A DNA stretch of 64,000 nt from Laetmonice hystrix (lineage: Eukaryota): positions 23,684,001 to 23,748,000 of the forward strand of contig OZ249448.1 of assembly GCA_965235115.1 (NCBI GenBank), in the 5' to 3' direction. The notes beneath the pieces were generated by a model that had not been told where the DNA came from, did no database searches, and saw only the letters and a program-made list of their open reading frames with translations. This document shows, one piece after another, positions 60,421 through 64,000 of this stretch. Position 1 is the first letter of the stretch. Each line of letters opens with the position of its first letter. Position numbers and translations under genes: made by a program.

Positions 60421-63400
60421 TCATCCGGGTAGTAGCGCGAGCCTCGTGATAACCACGGTACCCGTCCCCTGGCATTTTCTGCCATGAAACGCTCTCGGCT
60501 GCCCTGGCTGTACGTCATAGCGTTACGACATGGCGGTACGTCATGGCGGCATGATGTATCCATACGTCATGGCCGCTGGCAGCTCCAAGCCATCCGGCCC
60601 GCTCCGGTGCAATGTTCTGTTAATATATCGTATAGGTTGGGGCGAATCGGTCTGTACTAAATGTCGGGCTTCCCGCCTCGAGGCATTGGCTGCTCGACCC
60701 GGCCGTATATCCCCGCGAACCTCAACATAAAATTAACCTATTGGTCGGTTAAGGACAATTTTCGTATACCTAGACAGCTTCCCCAGCGTTAAATTCCCTG
60801 CACTTCAAACACAGTGTGTAACGTCATCGGGACATGGATACTGTTTCCGGTCAGTGCTACAGACATGCGCAGAAAGATGAATCTTTCATCCGGAGCTAAC
60901 ACGTTTGGGGCAACTACGGCATGTCATTGGTATTTGACCGTACGGTCGTAACCTATTACGAACCGGACGAGCTGCTATAGTTTACTGTGCAGGGCCGTAC
61001 CTAGCGAGGGGCAGGGGGCACCCCCCCCCCCCCCCAGTAATCATGGTGACAAAGTGCCCTTTTTATGAGCAGGTCCCCTTTTTAAGGGTGTGAATTCATC
61101 CTTGTGATCAGGGTGCCCTTCTAAACCTAGTCCCCCCTCCTCGGCAATTTTAGGCTGCGTGTTGTGTCTTGTTTTCAGAAAACTAGGACCTCCTTGGTCT
61201 ATCCCTACCTAGAACAAACCGCAGGCTCAGAGATCTTCCCGCCTGCCCTGTGCAGGATCACTTCGTCTGGCCCTTCAAGGTCCACCCCTGTAACCTCCCC
61301 AGCGGAGGCCCCACCAGCCCCAACCCCCACCGACCCCTTCAATGTGCCAGCCGCTATAGAAAAAGTCAATTATCCGCATACTTGTTGTGCCAAATGAATT
61401 CTCTGCCGACCTTCATTACTGCTGGTTACCGGCGCATATTTTAGGAGTCAGTTGGCAGCTTGAGGGAGCAGATCACGACGGCTAAATGATCAGTCTTCGT
61501 ACCAAACCCCGTTGGAATGCAGAATCAGGTCCATACTGACTCTTTGAATTGACAATCCCTCTGTGTTCCGCCTATTCCTAATGCTGTTATCCGAATCTCG
61601 TAGTTCGAGCCAGCGACCTGCATTTCAGTACCCGGGTTCTTCACCAAGCACTAAGAGAGGCGTGGAGCCGAGCGGGTTTAGGAGCTTGCTGTGTTAAGTC
61701 CCCACAACTATCACTTTGTGAGTTTGCTCCCCGTCTCCCCATAGAGTGCTTCCGATTAAGTTGCTGGCGTGACGTTGTGCCTATGCAGTGCTGCACATTA
61801 AAGAACCCTTGCCACTTATTGGTAACAGTAGGTCGTAATCCCGGTGTGTGGGTTTCTCTTTATAAACTCATCATCCTTACTAGAGAACAAATATCAAAAG
61901 GACTCGTCCTGTTGACAGCTAATAGTTACCTACAGAATATACAACTGCAACCCCCCCCCCCCCCCCCCCCCACCAGCCATGACGTTGGAGCTCAGCATCC
62001 CAAATACAAACGCTCCCTAAGTCACGGGACACCTCTGATGTGAAAGGCAGAAGCTTGATACATGCATTACGTATGAGTAGAACTTTGTAGTGCGAGTTGT
62101 TGGCCACTAGCCGGTTTGGTGTATTGGGGGTATTAGCGGCCAGCGGTGACGGCTGCGACAGGGGCCAGGCAAACTACCGCAGATCTATCATCGGCACATT
62201 TTATTAGGGGCACTCAATGTTCATCAATCAACCACGATGCGTAATATGAAGCGGCCGGGATAAATAGCCCCTTCTTACAATCGTTCAAAATGCAAATGAA
62301 AAAGATTTGCAGCTAAGTCGATATTATGGATCGTGTATGACATTCGGAAACACAGGCGGATTCTCATATAGCCGGAGGTGAGCAGAGCTTTCCTCACTCC
62401 ACACATTATACCCGTCTATCCAGCACCACACCTATGGATCTTCAAATAACCGGAGTATCTTGTATTGGAAGAAAATGTAAAAAGCCAGCAGCCCAGAACT
62501 GTTCTGGCTATCCTTAATAAGGCTGTCTGCAATGGTGTATTGTATGGATTTTTTTTTGAAAAGCATATTTTAAAATCCTGTTAAGAAGGTAGTGAAAGAA
62601 ATGGTGAAAATTTGCGGACAAAATACCAGATCCCGTTTTTAAAAACCTTTAAAGTCACGCAGTTCATGGGCATAAACATTCACAAATAGAATGGGTAACT
62701 TGGCAGGAGTTTATTGGAGATCTGTTGGTGTACGCCTACTGTGTATAGGTGTAGGCCTATCTTCGTAATAGAGTATATCCGTAAGGATACAAACTTGGAA
62801 AAATACAAGAAATGGTTCAGAACTAAAGAGTAGTCCCTGATTCCTTGAATGTAAATTATATGGACTTTTCTATGCAAACATGATGTATAGTTCACGGTGT
62901 AGAAACAAATGCCGGACCACCTTGTTCCGGTTGTAGCGGTAGTATTAGGTCGGTTTGTGTTGGTATCCAAGATGGCTACCCGCTGGGCACGCTGGGAAAG
63001 CACAGCCGATAGCAGTGGTGTTTACTGCGTAATCCAAAAACATTGTTGATCAAGGAATACAACAAAAAGGTGCCAGAAGAAAATGCCAGGTATCCTGGCA
63101 GTTGGCTGTATTATATAAACAGGTGTTTTGCGTACGCCATTACCCTTTGTCCTTTGATATAGTCTGGTTTGTGTCTGAATACCAAACTGAAGGGTAATAC
63201 TGAGTTAACCGTCTCAGATTACACACTGGCGACTAACGTTACATATGAGATTGTGGAACTACTCCCCATCGTAATATTCAGCACCTCCTCTTGGGCATTT
63301 CTTTCTATTATCAGCCATCTTATCTGTCCACCTCATCTTAAACACAGTGAAAAGGTCTGGCACATAAACATTGTTAGCAGTTGCGGTCGTTTTCGAGGCC

Positions 63401-64000
63401 TGTTGGGATCGTTGTCCTAGTATCGAAACACAAAATTCAAAGCCTCGAAGTGACACGAGTAAAATGAAGTCTATCGCAAGCAACATACACAGTGTTTCCA
63501 ATTTTCCTGATATTTTTCCGTCCGATTTCAGCTTGCCAAGTTCAAATTCAATTTCCTGTCAGTGTGGTTATGTTCGCGAGCTGGTCGAACCACTCGGCGG
63601 CGTAACCTTAACAGCAACAGCCAGACCCGAGCAGCCACAGCGGGCGCTGAAAATGCCACCAGGATGCAGCATATGCTGTAATTGATCGCACCATGGCTCA
63701 GACATTTCAATATCGCGCCAGGGTCGCAATTAATTTACTTGAATTCATACACTACCTGAACGACCTCTGACCCGAACACTTGGTCCCCCTGGACACGCCA
63801 GTCGTGTGGGGCTCAGTCAGGGCGGAAAACTTTTAACTGATGGCCACACAAGAGTGGCACGTCCCTGTTGAAGCAAAGGTCGCGCGGAGTGACCTTGTCT
63901 TCACGTTATATTTTTCCCGACGTTGCCGCCGACGTAACGCGTAACGTTGCCGGCGGCGAGGACCTCGTCAACGTTAGTGGTTGGTAGTAATCTAGGGAGG

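Noticed and set aside
61595-61660. Decayed tRNA-like head (ggtcgctggctcgaac) on the minus strand
   Set aside because: The B-box is degenerate, there is no cloverleaf, and no SINE body is recognisable.
63528-63710. Hydrophobic minus-strand ORF MKCLSHGAINYSICCILVAF...
   Set aside because: It starts with TTG and has no usable donor.

Overview
Repeat-rich animal (invertebrate-type) genomic DNA with two N gaps (18006-18216, 22640-23037). The only gene I can support is part of a nicotinic acetylcholine receptor (Cys-loop) subunit gene on the minus strand, most like the invertebrate alpha7/Dalpha5-7 group. The ORF track largely misses it because the exons are short. Its N-terminal extracellular-domain exons have the canonical nAChR sizes (about 140/45/110 nt) but are multiplied: two alternative copies of exon 2 (8079-7940, 6925-6780), one exon 3 (5161-5117) and four tandem copies of exon 4 (3685-3576, 3525-3416, 3378-3269, 3229-3120). 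The exon 4 copies are separated by introns of only 50, 37 and 39 nt. All copies keep an open frame, AG/GT splice sites and the correct phase, and any two copies of the same exon joined together cause a frameshift. This points to a combinatorial mutually exclusive splicing system with at least 2x4=8 ligand-binding-domain isoforms, on different exons from the known insect alpha4/alpha6 cases. Exon 5 onward lies off the left edge, and I could not find the signal-peptide exon 1. The other ~56 kb is intron-like or intergenic DNA with about 25 unrelated minisatellite and microsatellite arrays, foldback/MITE-like elements, a tRNA-derived SINE and decayed transposon fragments. It also holds a possible recursive splice site at 28484/28485.
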